A stretch of 63,955 nucleotides of DNA, filler included, from Lama guanicoe (Eukaryota): the NCBI GenBank assembly GCA_013239625.1. It is 204 parts of 204 records of this genome, joined end to end, with 100 filler letters (N's around TTAATTAATTAA, not from the genome) between each part and the next. Parts side by side here need not be neighbours in the genome. Positions count along the whole stretch, not along the records: positions 1 to 214 come from PNXV01037665.1; positions 315 to 528 come from PNXV01037666.1; positions 629 to 842 come from PNXV01037667.1; positions 943 to 1,156 come from PNXV01037668.1; positions 1,257 to 1,470 come from PNXV01037669.1; positions 1,571 to 1,784 come from PNXV01037670.1; positions 1,885 to 2,098 come from PNXV01037671.1; positions 2,199 to 2,412 come from PNXV01037672.1; 196 more parts are not named here. One strand, 5' to 3'. Positions within the stretch are counted from its first letter, which is position 1. Every line of letters begins with the position of its first letter. Both the position numbers and the translations under genes were made by a program. This document shows, piece after piece, positions 1 through 12,774 of this stretch. The notes beneath the pieces were generated by a model. That model was not told the origin of the DNA. It was given only the letters and a program-made list of their open reading frames with translations, and did not search any database.

Positions 1-1303
1 TTCTATTTAGGATCTAGTTTGGCAATTTAATCTATATTTCACCTTTTGCCTATAACGCAGATGATGGCTAAGAAGTCAGGAAACTTGCTATCCGGTGGGA
101 TGCACTGATGCTCACTGACAGCCTTTTGCTCTCATTATTCCCCATGAAAAGGCTTTTCTTTTTTATTCTGCCTTCTTATTCCCTTACGTTTTCCAACTTC
201 CCTATCCTTGCTCANNNNNNNNNNNNNNNNNNNNNNNNNNNNNNNNNNNNNNNNNNNNTTAATTAATTAANNNNNNNNNNNNNNNNNNNNNNNNNNNNNN
301 NNNNNNNNNNNNNNGTTGAAGTTGTGAGATTAGATTTTTATGTAAGTTAAAACATGAGATAGTAGTATTTTAATGGTCCATAAGTTGGTAATCATCTAAT
401 GAGAGTTGTCACTGGAAAACATTTTTAAAATTACCAAAGTTAAACTTGCATTTATTTTAAAGAGTCAGTCATTCTACACATTTAAAGATAATGGTCTTTC
501 CATGCTTGCCCCTCCCCCCTAGTTTCCTNNNNNNNNNNNNNNNNNNNNNNNNNNNNNNNNNNNNNNNNNNNNTTAATTAATTAANNNNNNNNNNNNNNNN
601 NNNNNNNNNNNNNNNNNNNNNNNNNNNNATGTAATTGGTTCAGTGTAGCAACAGGAGACTCCTACTCTACTTTCAATTTAGTCCTTTTATTGCGAAATCT
701 TGGTAGTATATGTTTAGAATTACATATATATATAAAATTCTATTGGTTCTGATTCTTTGGAAAACCCTGTGCACATACACGCACACATGCACATTTAGCA
801 TCAATGGACTTACTGAATTCTCGAAGAAGCCTGTGCTTATCTNNNNNNNNNNNNNNNNNNNNNNNNNNNNNNNNNNNNNNNNNNNNTTAATTAATTAANN
901 NNNNNNNNNNNNNNNNNNNNNNNNNNNNNNNNNNNNNNNNNNTTTGCTGACATAAAAATATAATTACTGGGAAATACAAAATACTTTTTCATAGTTACAA
1001 AATAATCTGTAGTTAGAATGTTTAAGTGTGTGCTGTAAATTTAATCATATTAAATATATATGTTTATATGCAAAGGAGAGTTTAGACAAGTATATTCAAA
1101 ACCAAACTTTCTGAAGAAGTCTTAAATAATAAAAACAAAAGATGTTTATATAACTANNNNNNNNNNNNNNNNNNNNNNNNNNNNNNNNNNNNNNNNNNNN
1201 TTAATTAATTAANNNNNNNNNNNNNNNNNNNNNNNNNNNNNNNNNNNNNNNNNNNNGGAGATTTGGGTGTGGGGAGGAAGGCGCAGAGGTGAAGTGCCCT
1301 CTT

Positions 1304-1409
1304 ATCCCATCCCATCCCATCACACATCCCATCTCATCTCATCCCATCCCATCCCATCCCGTCCCACATCTCATTATATCCCATCCCATCCCATGACATC
1401 GCATCCCAT
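1304..1409 (+). repeat. Degenerate (ATCCC)n pentanucleotide repeat
   Basis: Tandem ATCCC units with ATCTC/GTCCC/ATCAC variants. Confidence 0.9.
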
Positions 1410-1884
1410 TATGTGCAGTGACCCTGAGTTAGCACTGCCGCTGGTGCCCTTGACCCTGGCTGAGGGTGTGNNNNNNNNNNNNNNNNNNNNNNNNNNNNNN
1501 NNNNNNNNNNNNNNTTAATTAATTAANNNNNNNNNNNNNNNNNNNNNNNNNNNNNNNNNNNNNNNNNNNNACACACAAATAGCTCTCTCCTTGTAACTGT
1601 TTAGTAAAGTCACTCACCAGGAAAGAAACAAGTAGCTTCTTATTAGCCTAAGCAAGTCTGGTAAGAAAGACTGAATAACCATTGGCGTCCACCAAGAAAG
1701 AATTGCATTTGAGTGAAGACCCAGGGTGGGTCTCCTGACAGGAAGAAGTGTTTCTCAGGCTTTCACAACACAGCTGAAAAATCTNNNNNNNNNNNNNNNN
1801 NNNNNNNNNNNNNNNNNNNNNNNNNNNNTTAATTAATTAANNNNNNNNNNNNNNNNNNNNNNNNNNNNNNNNNNNNNNNNNNNN

Positions 1885-2098
1885 TGTGCTCTCTGTCTAG
1901 GGTTCTGGAAGTCTTGGTTCTGTGGTTGGAAAAGGTTCTCAGTTCTGGGCCAGGGTCCTGGGTGGGGTGGGGATGGGTGGTGTTGGGCTCTGGGGAGGCT
2001 GCCTCACCCAGGCCCTCTTCTCCTGTGCCTGACCCTGGAGTTTCCTCCCGAGGCGAGAAGCACTTTGTCTCACCCTTATTCATTTACTCCATATTATT
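1885..2098. repeat. Contig nearly identical to 56520-56733 (bubble arm)
   Basis: Same ends; 5 substitutions in 214 bp. Confidence 0.97.
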
Positions 2099-3595
2099 NN
2101 NNNNNNNNNNNNNNNNNNNNNNNNNNNNNNNNNNNNNNNNNNTTAATTAATTAANNNNNNNNNNNNNNNNNNNNNNNNNNNNNNNNNNNNNNNNNNNNCC
2201 TCTTGTGGTTGAATAACGTTCCGGGGTTGTCATCCTGCATGAAGTCAAGTGGAGATGACCTTCTCAAGCTCCGTTATTGGAAAGCTGACTTGGCGTTAAA
2301 GGAGATTATCTCCTCCACTCTTTATTTTTTAACCCAACAGAGATACATGACTCTTATTTTTCATAGTCTAATGTTCTAATGGTTCTAATGTTTTGGGGGG
2401 TTTTTTTGTTTTNNNNNNNNNNNNNNNNNNNNNNNNNNNNNNNNNNNNNNNNNNNNTTAATTAATTAANNNNNNNNNNNNNNNNNNNNNNNNNNNNNNNN
2501 NNNNNNNNNNNNGTGCTCTCCGGTCCAAATACCTGGGTAAATTAACCTATTGCATGCCAAGCGCAGCAAAGACAGACATACGGTACTCCAAACTAAGACA
2601 GCGGCTGTGAGAATGGAGAGAAACAGACGGGTCTCAGTGATGCTTGGATGCTTTGCAGGGAGGGACAGCAGGCAACTGTGGTGACTGCAGTGCGAGGTGA
2701 GGGAGATGGTGGGTGAGACCGTCCACNNNNNNNNNNNNNNNNNNNNNNNNNNNNNNNNNNNNNNNNNNNNTTAATTAATTAANNNNNNNNNNNNNNNNNN
2801 NNNNNNNNNNNNNNNNNNNNNNNNNNCAAATGGAGACCATCCAGCAAGTTCTCCAGGTATTTCATATGATTTTCATGGGACCTGAGATTCTGACATGGAA
2901 AATAACGTGACCTAACTCCTTGTCACCTTTACAGCGGAATGCTTTCTATCTTGAGGTGAAGAAGAGGGAGAAAGCCCCGGCATGCCGAACCTGCAGCAAG
3001 TGGCATCGGGAACTTAGAAACGGAAGCTGCCGTTCATTTCNNNNNNNNNNNNNNNNNNNNNNNNNNNNNNNNNNNNNNNNNNNNTTAATTAATTAANNNN
3101 NNNNNNNNNNNNNNNNNNNNNNNNNNNNNNNNNNNNNNNNTACTTCATTTTTCATACTTCTATAATATTCCACTGTATAGACATACCACCTTTGTTTATC
3201 CATCCATCATCTGATGGACATTTGGGTTATCCCACTTTGGGACTCCTACAAATAATGCTACAATGAACTCTCAGGTACAAGTTTTGGGCACACATTTTTT
3301 TTCTTTTTTTTTTTTTGAACAATTTTTATTTGACTCCTTCCTTTTCCTGGCCCCNNNNNNNNNNNNNNNNNNNNNNNNNNNNNNNNNNNNNNNNNNNNTT
3401 AATTAATTAANNNNNNNNNNNNNNNNNNNNNNNNNNNNNNNNNNNNNNNNNNNNGTTATCAAGTTATCAAGTGCAAACACCTAGAAAGCTACTCGAATAC
3501 AGGGTAAGGATTATAAGGGCTCATTTTTGCTTCCTGCCAAAATAAGCACGTGTGTATGATCGTTACCTATGACAGCAGGCAGAGACATCTAAATG

Positions 3596-3668
3596 TCTTT
3601 CTGATCAAAGTGTGTTCCATGGACAAGCTGTATCAGCATTCCTGGGGACCTTGTTAGCAATGAAAAAT
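3596..3668. mobile_element. MER5-like hAT-Charlie DNA transposon fragment
   Basis: tcaaagtgtgttccatggac...atcagcattcctggggaccttgttag resembles the MER5A terminus. Confidence 0.55.
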
Positions 3669-3819
3669 NNNNNNNNNNNNNNNNNNNNNNNNNNNNNNNN
3701 NNNNNNNNNNNNTTAATTAATTAANNNNNNNNNNNNNNNNNNNNNNNNNNNNNNNNNNNNNNNNNNNNTGTCTGCAAACCCAATCCACTGTCTTTTCTTC
3801 GTTCGCCTGGTAAGTGATG

Positions 3820-3982
3820 GTGACCGTGCTCTGGCTGCCAGCAATATGCTGACTCCTCTCACCAGGTGGAAGGGGCGAAACCCCACAGCCCACTCACCAC
3901 CTCTTCTCAGTCTTGATCTCCAGCCTCTCTGCAACGGGGACCCTGTGGACCACACCCTCTTCTCAAAATTCTCTCTTCAGTT
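3820..3982 (+). mobile_element. LINE-2 fragment
   Basis: Degenerate match to the L2 motif cttgacctctcagcagcatttgacacagttgaccactccctccttcttgaaac. Confidence 0.5.
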
Positions 3983-5338
3983 NNNNNNNNNNNNNNNNNN
4001 NNNNNNNNNNNNNNNNNNNNNNNNNNTTAATTAATTAANNNNNNNNNNNNNNNNNNNNNNNNNNNNNNNNNNNNNNNNNNNNACTGTGTGGATGAAACAG
4101 TAGCCCATCTTGCATTTGCTTTTTGGAATTTGAAGATTCTGTGAAATAGATGAACGCCTTGGAACAAGTCGTCCCCAAGTCTGTGCAGAATCCACGTCTC
4201 CGGGGACTGACAGCTGCCCCTCCCTGTCTGGTCTCTGTGGTGGAGGTGGCTGGCAAGAGGAGGGAAGCTGATAGCTGCTGCATTTTTATCCAGTAANNNN
4301 NNNNNNNNNNNNNNNNNNNNNNNNNNNNNNNNNNNNNNNNTTAATTAATTAANNNNNNNNNNNNNNNNNNNNNNNNNNNNNNNNNNNNNNNNNNNNGGAG
4401 GTTCTGGGGCTGAGGCAGCTGCAGCAGACGGAGGAAGGGGATGGCGGGGCCGATGAGGAGCTCTTAAAGCCCTCGCTGCTCATGCCTGCAGCTCTCTGGC
4501 GATGGCTAAAAGTAGATGATGCTAGATGCATGCACTTAAGTCCTTAACAGTGCCTTGGACTAAAGTCTCCTGCAACACAGGATCTAAATAACATTCTTGC
4601 AGTGTAGACANNNNNNNNNNNNNNNNNNNNNNNNNNNNNNNNNNNNNNNNNNNNTTAATTAATTAANNNNNNNNNNNNNNNNNNNNNNNNNNNNNNNNNN
4701 NNNNNNNNNNTATTGTTCTCAATACATTTGTCCACCTGTGTACATGTGTGTTTATATGTGTATATATACATGTTCAAACTGGCACTTCAGGCTAAACTAA
4801 TTACTGGTGTAGGTACAGTTTTCAAGTGTTGAAGAAAGTTCACGTTCAGAACAAGTATGTGCAGAAAGGGACACATAATGAAGAGCATCTTCCAAGGATT
4901 ATAATCTAGATAGAAGGGAAAACANNNNNNNNNNNNNNNNNNNNNNNNNNNNNNNNNNNNNNNNNNNNTTAATTAATTAANNNNNNNNNNNNNNNNNNNN
5001 NNNNNNNNNNNNNNNNNNNNNNNNCACCTGTTTTCCCTGAGAAAATAAGTGGATAGTGAAACAATAAGTCTTGTTGAGAAGGAGGGAATATCGTGTGTGA
5101 CACATTTCATCAGCAAGTTAAAGTTCTGAAACTGAACGGTGATGGGAGTTGGGCTGGGTTTTACCCCGAGGGTTGTGAGGAAATTCAAGATGATAAACGT
5201 CATTAGGAACTTTAGGATTTGGAAGGCATCTTTTTGTANNNNNNNNNNNNNNNNNNNNNNNNNNNNNNNNNNNNNNNNNNNNTTAATTAATTAANNNNNN
5301 NNNNNNNNNNNNNNNNNNNNNNNNNNNNNNNNNNNNNN

Positions 5339-5552
5339 GGACATTACTACTGACCTTACAGAAATTTTTTAATTTTTTAAAAAAATTTTGAGAATACTAT
5401 TAATAATTGTACACCAACAAATTAGATAACTTAGATGAAATGAACAAATTTATAAAAACACAGAAATTACCTAAAGTGACTCAGAAATATAAATCTCAAC
5501 AGGCCTAAAACAAGTAAAGAGATTGAATTGCTAATCAGAAAGCTCCCAATAA
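5339..5552 (+). mobile_element. LINE-1 ORF2 fragment (between EN and RT), decayed
   Basis: tgtacaccaacaaattagataacttagatgaaatgaacaaatt encodes the L1 motif Y-x-NKLDNLDEM. Confidence 0.9.
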
Positions 5553-6280
5553 NNNNNNNNNNNNNNNNNNNNNNNNNNNNNNNNNNNNNNNNNNNNTTAA
5601 TTAATTAANNNNNNNNNNNNNNNNNNNNNNNNNNNNNNNNNNNNNNNNNNNNTTACATAAATAAAATTTAAAGGTTGAATCCGTTTTTGAATCCTCACTG
5701 CTGACAATGCAAGGGCACTGAGTGGAAACAAGGCAAACCATTGAGAAATCATGACTGCAGTCAAGAGTGAGGTGATAAGGGTCTAAAGAGGGCTTCGGGG
5801 GTTAGACGGGCTTTGTAGGAAACAGACTCAGAAGCCTACATGGATTTGGGGATGCCGAGACAGAGGNNNNNNNNNNNNNNNNNNNNNNNNNNNNNNNNNN
5901 NNNNNNNNNNTTAATTAATTAANNNNNNNNNNNNNNNNNNNNNNNNNNNNNNNNNNNNNNNNNNNNTTTAGTCCGGAAAATCTCCGGGTTCCTATTTATT
6001 CCTGTTATTATACAAACCCTCCAGAACTCATTAATTTGCTGTCTGCTCCTGTGGCAACCAAACTCATAGAAGAGTCATCTCAGCAGATCACCCTCCTGGG
6101 GAGAACCCCCCGCAGAAGCACTGCAGGCCATCTGCCCTCCCGCACGCTCTGCTGACCCTTGGTGTCCTCCGTGGAGACCANNNNNNNNNNNNNNNNNNNN
6201 NNNNNNNNNNNNNNNNNNNNNNNNTTAATTAATTAANNNNNNNNNNNNNNNNNNNNNNNNNNNNNNNNNNNNNNNNNNNN

Positions 6281-6494
6281 GATGATCATATGGTTCTTAT
6301 TCTTCAGTTTGTTAATGTGGTGTATCATATTGATTAATTTGAAGATATTGAAAAATTCTTGCATTCATGGGATAAATCCCACTTGATCACAGTATATGAT
6401 CCTTTTAATGTATTGTTGCAGTTAATTTGCTAGTATTTTGTTGAGGATTTTTGCACCTATAGTCATAGGTGATATTGGCCTATAATTTTCTTTT
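6281..6494 (-). mobile_element. LINE-1 ORF2 RT fragment
   Basis: Reverse complement matches the L1 NIDAKILNKILA...HDQVGFIPGMQ...KNHMII region. Confidence 0.93.
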
Positions 6495-8792
6495 NNNNNN
6501 NNNNNNNNNNNNNNNNNNNNNNNNNNNNNNNNNNNNNNTTAATTAATTAANNNNNNNNNNNNNNNNNNNNNNNNNNNNNNNNNNNNNNNNNNNNTCCAGA
6601 AGGAAGGACAGATGGCTTAATCTGCCTAAGCACCCACCAGGTTCTCCCTTCTTTGTCCCTCCCTCCGCATCATCAGTCTCCAGATCCCATCCTCACCAGC
6701 CCCGGTGGTGGAGAGTGACAGGGCCCCAGGGCGGAAACAGGAAGGTTTGGGGCCCCATGAATTGTCCTCTCTGGATACCTTGGAACCTGCGGCAAACACA
6801 GGGTCCCANNNNNNNNNNNNNNNNNNNNNNNNNNNNNNNNNNNNNNNNNNNNTTAATTAATTAANNNNNNNNNNNNNNNNNNNNNNNNNNNNNNNNNNNN
6901 NNNNNNNNTGTGCGTGCCAGGCTCCGCACGGGACTCATGTCCTCGTGCCCAGGTTTAGACGCAAGCCGGATGTCACAGCCGTCCCCGTGGATTTTTAAAT
7001 GCTGTAAGTGCACAGAGAAAATGGTTTTGAGCCCCAGAGTGCTTGGAAGACAGAATTCCGTTTCACTGTTTTGTTTGAAAATCAGTTCTCACACTCAGAA
7101 TTCAGAAACTCAGCATCCCAGCNNNNNNNNNNNNNNNNNNNNNNNNNNNNNNNNNNNNNNNNNNNNTTAATTAATTAANNNNNNNNNNNNNNNNNNNNNN
7201 NNNNNNNNNNNNNNNNNNNNNNGTTTCTGGAAGAGTGATGCAGCTTCCAGCTCTGGGTCTCAGACTCTGGGTTTTACCAGGAAAGCTGGATGGTGAATTT
7301 GGAGGATGAGCTTAGGTGGGGCTCTCCCAGGTGACTCCACCCCCACTGCTCTCACCGTGGTCTCCTAAACGTGAAGACTTTCCATTCCAGACAAGGGGGA
7401 AGGACACAGTCTCAATAAAGCATTGTCCCTTAAAATNNNNNNNNNNNNNNNNNNNNNNNNNNNNNNNNNNNNNNNNNNNNTTAATTAATTAANNNNNNNN
7501 NNNNNNNNNNNNNNNNNNNNNNNNNNNNNNNNNNNNTACTGGGTCCCTGGATCGTGTTCTGTTTTTCCTGTTCTTGGCTCAGTCCTCAGGAGAAAAGGGC
7601 AGGAAGGTTTAGGTGCAGATTCCTGGCTGCGCTCTCTAGCAAGCCAAGTGCTAGAAAGCCAAGAAGTTGCACTTGGTCTAACTTTTTCAAAGAGCTGCAA
7701 CTTGAGCCTTATGTCACGGGACCAAGAACATACCTTAAGTTAAGCCAGATNNNNNNNNNNNNNNNNNNNNNNNNNNNNNNNNNNNNNNNNNNNNTTAATT
7801 AATTAANNNNNNNNNNNNNNNNNNNNNNNNNNNNNNNNNNNNNNNNNNNNCCCACTGGGTTGTCAAGTATTATTCTTTAGCAGGAAAATACCTCCTTGGC
7901 TTTTTTGTAGGAAGAGTAGGAACTCTGTAGCCACCAGTGAAGTGGGACCAATCAGAGGCTCTTTTCTTGCCACCTGGAATTGGAAAAGGGCTGGGGCCTA
8001 AATGGGCCAGCCCTGTGTGTGTCACAATTTAGGTCAAAGTCATGGTTCACAGGTCTACTGCTTCNNNNNNNNNNNNNNNNNNNNNNNNNNNNNNNNNNNN
8101 NNNNNNNNTTAATTAATTAANNNNNNNNNNNNNNNNNNNNNNNNNNNNNNNNNNNNNNNNNNNNCCTTCAATGAAAGATGACAATGTTGAATTGTCCAAT
8201 TATGTTGAGAAACGCAATTTAACCCAACAAATACTGCAACAACATTATATCCTGCACCCGGTACTTGATTGAAGGGAAAAGATGGCCAACAAAAAATGTG
8301 TCAATACATATCTATGCGAACAATTACATTTCATTTCAATAACAGAATTATAATAGATACAAATACTGTTTTGAAAAANNNNNNNNNNNNNNNNNNNNNN
8401 NNNNNNNNNNNNNNNNNNNNNNTTAATTAATTAANNNNNNNNNNNNNNNNNNNNNNNNNNNNNNNNNNNNNNNNNNNNAAAAAAAAAATGTCATTTTAAT
8501 TCAACGATCTTTATCCCCCCCGCAAACCATTGTTCATGCAGTCAGGGTGGTGCAGACCCCTTCCAGAAAAATTTTGGCAAACTCCAAGCACCATTCAGAA
8601 GCATGAAGGGCTCTCAGCGGGACCTTGTTATTCCGAACATTCATACAAAGCCATTCCGTACAATACAATACAACTTGATTTTGTATGGTGCCNNNNNNNN
8701 NNNNNNNNNNNNNNNNNNNNNNNNNNNNNNNNNNNNTTAATTAATTAANNNNNNNNNNNNNNNNNNNNNNNNNNNNNNNNNNNNNNNNNNNN

Positions 8793-9006
8793 AGATGGGC
8801 AACAGACACATAAAAAGATGATAAACATCACTAATTATCAGGAATATGCAAATCAAAAAGCACAGGGAAATATCACCTCATGCCTGTTAGGACAGCTATT
8901 ATCTAAAAGATGAAAGGGAACAAATGTTAGGAGTATGTGGAGAAAAGGGAACTCTCATGCACTGTTGGTAGGAGTGTAAATTGGTGCAGCCACTATGGAA
9001 ACAGTA
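8793..9006 (+). mobile_element. LINE-1 ORF2 C-terminal fragment
   Basis: atgcaaatcaaaa...tatcacctca...gtggagaaaagggaactctcatgcactgttggtaggagtgtaaattggtgcagccactatggaaacag. Confidence 0.92.
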
Positions 9007-9189
9007 NNNNNNNNNNNNNNNNNNNNNNNNNNNNNNNNNNNNNNNNNNNNTTAATTAATTAANNNNNNNNNNNNNNNNNNNNNNNNNNNNNNNNNNNNNN
9101 NNNNNNAACAAAACATAGTCATCAGGAGAAAAAACATTGAAATAAGTTTCAGAAAGACTAAAGGTAAAACGTGTCCTTATTTGGAAACT

Positions 9190-9300
9190 GTCATTGTAAA
9201 CGCAATTACTTAAGGTGAGGTCATACTGGAGTAGAGTGGACCCCGGATCCGATATGACTGGTGTCTTTATAACAAGGGGAGTTTAGACACAGGCACACAC
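9190..9300 (+). mobile_element. MLT1 (MaLR) LTR fragment followed by (CA)n
   Basis: ttaaggtgaggtcatactggagtagagtggacccc...atatgactggtgtctttataa is a typical MLT1 segment. Confidence 0.75.
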
Positions 9301-12246
9301 GCAAACACACACACACACACNNNNNNNNNNNNNNNNNNNNNNNNNNNNNNNNNNNNNNNNNNNNTTAATTAATTAANNNNNNNNNNNNNNNNNNNNNNNN
9401 NNNNNNNNNNNNNNNNNNNNCTATCATTTACAACCCATCCGTATCTGATCCTGGCTTACTCTAAAAAGAAGAGGAGTGCCCATCTGCGACCAGCCAGGTG
9501 GGTCCTCTGGCCATCCATCTAGTCATCTTTCCAGCCTTCTATGATTACAGAGGGTTTCATGTGTGCCGGGCTCTCTGCTCAGCAGTGGGGATTCAACCAC
9601 AAGGGCATGAGAGAGAAACAGCGCCTGCTTTCAANNNNNNNNNNNNNNNNNNNNNNNNNNNNNNNNNNNNNNNNNNNNTTAATTAATTAANNNNNNNNNN
9701 NNNNNNNNNNNNNNNNNNNNNNNNNNNNNNNNNNTTGGAAGTGTCAGCTAGGCAGTTGGATATTTGGAACTGGAGTGCAGATAGATGTGTGAATTTGTTT
9801 AAAAAAAATCAGGTTGAAACGACATTCAAAATGTCTAATTTTAGTGGAAAGAATTACATTGTAAGTGGTTTAAGGGACAGTCTGAAGCAGTTATCTCATG
9901 GAGGCGCCCGTGAGTGGCTGGGGGTTTTGTTGCTGTCTGGGGTTTTGANNNNNNNNNNNNNNNNNNNNNNNNNNNNNNNNNNNNNNNNNNNNTTAATTAA
10001 TTAANNNNNNNNNNNNNNNNNNNNNNNNNNNNNNNNNNNNNNNNNNNNAACTCAGACTACTGAAGTTCTCCAGGTTTGTTGCATATTTAGTCCCAATATT
10101 TCCATATCTAACATATGACCAGTTCAGTTTGACAAATATCTTTTGAGTATCTACTGTATGCCAAGTAAAGTGCTAGACTCAAGAAGTAAGACAGCATCTT
10201 GGCCCTTTGCAGGATCTCCTGATGTGGGAGGATGGAGGGAAGGCAAAGTGCCCACTTAACCGNNNNNNNNNNNNNNNNNNNNNNNNNNNNNNNNNNNNNN
10301 NNNNNNTTAATTAATTAANNNNNNNNNNNNNNNNNNNNNNNNNNNNNNNNNNNNNNNNNNNNTATTTCAGATGCCTCTCTGGTGCTGCCTCAGTGAAGCC
10401 AATTTCCCCTTTGGACCCACAAGCATCTTCTCGCTGCCCCAAACCAGGAGGCAATTGTGCACCTTCCTCTTTGCTCAGACTCCCCTTCCTTCAGGCCAGT
10501 GCTGTCAGTCCATCCCTGTGTCGCATGTGGGTCTTGGCCAGGGAACAAAGAACAGAAACCCTCTCCAACTAGCTCANNNNNNNNNNNNNNNNNNNNNNNN
10601 NNNNNNNNNNNNNNNNNNNNTTAATTAATTAANNNNNNNNNNNNNNNNNNNNNNNNNNNNNNNNNNNNNNNNNNNNTGTCTGGCAATTTAGGAAATGTGG
10701 AGAATGTTTCCATTTTAGCACTTTGCTTTGTTATAATACAATCTGGACCATTGCCTGGTGTACTGTTCCATTCAACTTAAGGTATTAGATGTGACCTGGA
10801 GCTGGCGGTTGTAAACAATTCAAAGATTTGTTGCTCAGGCATATGCGAAATAAGGAAAGGTTTTTGCAGAGGACCCACCAACAAGAAGACNNNNNNNNNN
10901 NNNNNNNNNNNNNNNNNNNNNNNNNNNNNNNNNNTTAATTAATTAANNNNNNNNNNNNNNNNNNNNNNNNNNNNNNNNNNNNNNNNNNNNCACATAGCAG
11001 CTAGTGTTATCCAACTAGAACAGAGAGGGGAAGTAACTTAGCCAAGATCACACAGCCAGGGAGTGGGAAGACCGGCAATAATTCATATCTGCCCGACTCC
11101 CCTGGAACGTCTGGACTGCTCAGGCGTCCTTCCTTTCAACAGGAGTCCCACTGACGGCTCCCACTCCGTCTGCCATGTGGGTTCCGCCTCTATTTCTGCT
11201 TCCANNNNNNNNNNNNNNNNNNNNNNNNNNNNNNNNNNNNNNNNNNNNTTAATTAATTAANNNNNNNNNNNNNNNNNNNNNNNNNNNNNNNNNNNNNNNN
11301 NNNNACAGGCATATATCTTTACACATAAAATATCACTGAACAAATATTCAGACCAGGAACAGTAACAACATCAAGCAGAGGGGACCAGAGGACTGAGGAA
11401 CAGAAAAGTAGATCCTTTTCGCTACATATACTTTGGTAGGATACAACTTTTTAACCCACATGCGCAATGTTTCATGAGGAATAAGCACTACATAATAAAA
11501 TATAACTGTAAAGTAAAANNNNNNNNNNNNNNNNNNNNNNNNNNNNNNNNNNNNNNNNNNNNTTAATTAATTAANNNNNNNNNNNNNNNNNNNNNNNNNN
11601 NNNNNNNNNNNNNNNNNNTCATCCAGAGTTCCAAAAACTAGTATCCTAAGAGGCCTGCAAAGTTTCCGGTGACCTCACCTATGAATTTCCAGAAGGTCAT
11701 TTCTGCTTTAGCTTACTGATTATATGTCACTACTGCCATTCCAACTGCAAGGGGAGAGAAATTAGAAACCACTTTATAACTCAGAGTAGTAGCAAAGAAT
11801 TTGCAACTCTCTTTAATCTACCAGAATTATAANNNNNNNNNNNNNNNNNNNNNNNNNNNNNNNNNNNNNNNNNNNNTTAATTAATTAANNNNNNNNNNNN
11901 NNNNNNNNNNNNNNNNNNNNNNNNNNNNNNNNGCAGCAACATGAGCATCTCTTACCTTAGGCAGGTAGACATGGACCACTAACCATCACACTGCTGATGA
12001 AGACCAGAAAAGAGTGGCCCATTTGGAACCCATGTCTCCTGGGAAGAGGAAGCAATTAACCTCCCAAGGGAATGATGTAAGGTGCATGTTTCCTGTCGCC
12101 TTCACTGTGGGAGGAGAGAGGTGCCCAGACATGTCATGGCAGAGGTNNNNNNNNNNNNNNNNNNNNNNNNNNNNNNNNNNNNNNNNNNNNTTAATTAATT
12201 AANNNNNNNNNNNNNNNNNNNNNNNNNNNNNNNNNNNNNNNNNNNN

Positions 12247-12420
12247 CCCTGGGCAATTACTTAATCACGAGGAGAACCTTTCCATTTCCTTATCTTTAAA
12301 ATAGGATGGTAGTGATTCCTACCTTGTTGGGCTATTGTAAGGATTAAAGGAGATAATACGAATGCTCCGTAGAGCTTCTTGCCCACCATAAGCCCTCAAT
12401 AAATGTCAGCAATCATCATT
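12247..12420 (+). mobile_element. MIR SINE fragment
   Basis: ctgggcaattacttaatc...tttccttatctttaaaataggat...ctattgtaaggattaaaggagataat matches the MIR core. Confidence 0.75.
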
Positions 12421-12560
12421 ATTTCTATTAAATGATTCTGGTGTAAAATGGGGCATCACTNNNNNNNNNNNNNNNNNNNNNNNNNNNNNNNNNNNNNNNN
12501 NNNNTTAATTAATTAANNNNNNNNNNNNNNNNNNNNNNNNNNNNNNNNNNNNNNNNNNNN

Positions 12561-12774
12561 TCAAAGGAATGAATTCAATGAGCCCAAATGTTTGCTCCCT
12601 CCCATACATGGAAAAACACTGAATTCTTTAACTTGAGATGCCTGGTTATCTTTGGTTAACAAGTAATCTTTTATTGTTCCAAGTACCTGGTCTTTGTTGT
12701 AAAGCTCCTGTACATCCTGGCTCCCCCCCTACCTCTTGGGAGCAGCCCCTCAGAGCATCTGAGAGGCTGTCATC
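12561..12774 (+). mobile_element. ERV LTR fragment
   Basis: ttctttaacttgagatgcctggttatc...cctggctccccccctacctcttgggagcagcccctcagagcatctgagaggctgtc resembles artiodactyl ERV1-type LTRs. Confidence 0.55.

Noticed and set aside
1267..1518. His/Pro/Ser/Ile-rich ORF
   Set aside because: Translation of the (ATCCC)n repeat.
1829..2150. Duplicated small gene (ORFs repeated at 56464-56789)
   Set aside because: Bubble arms of one sequence; no recognisable protein features.
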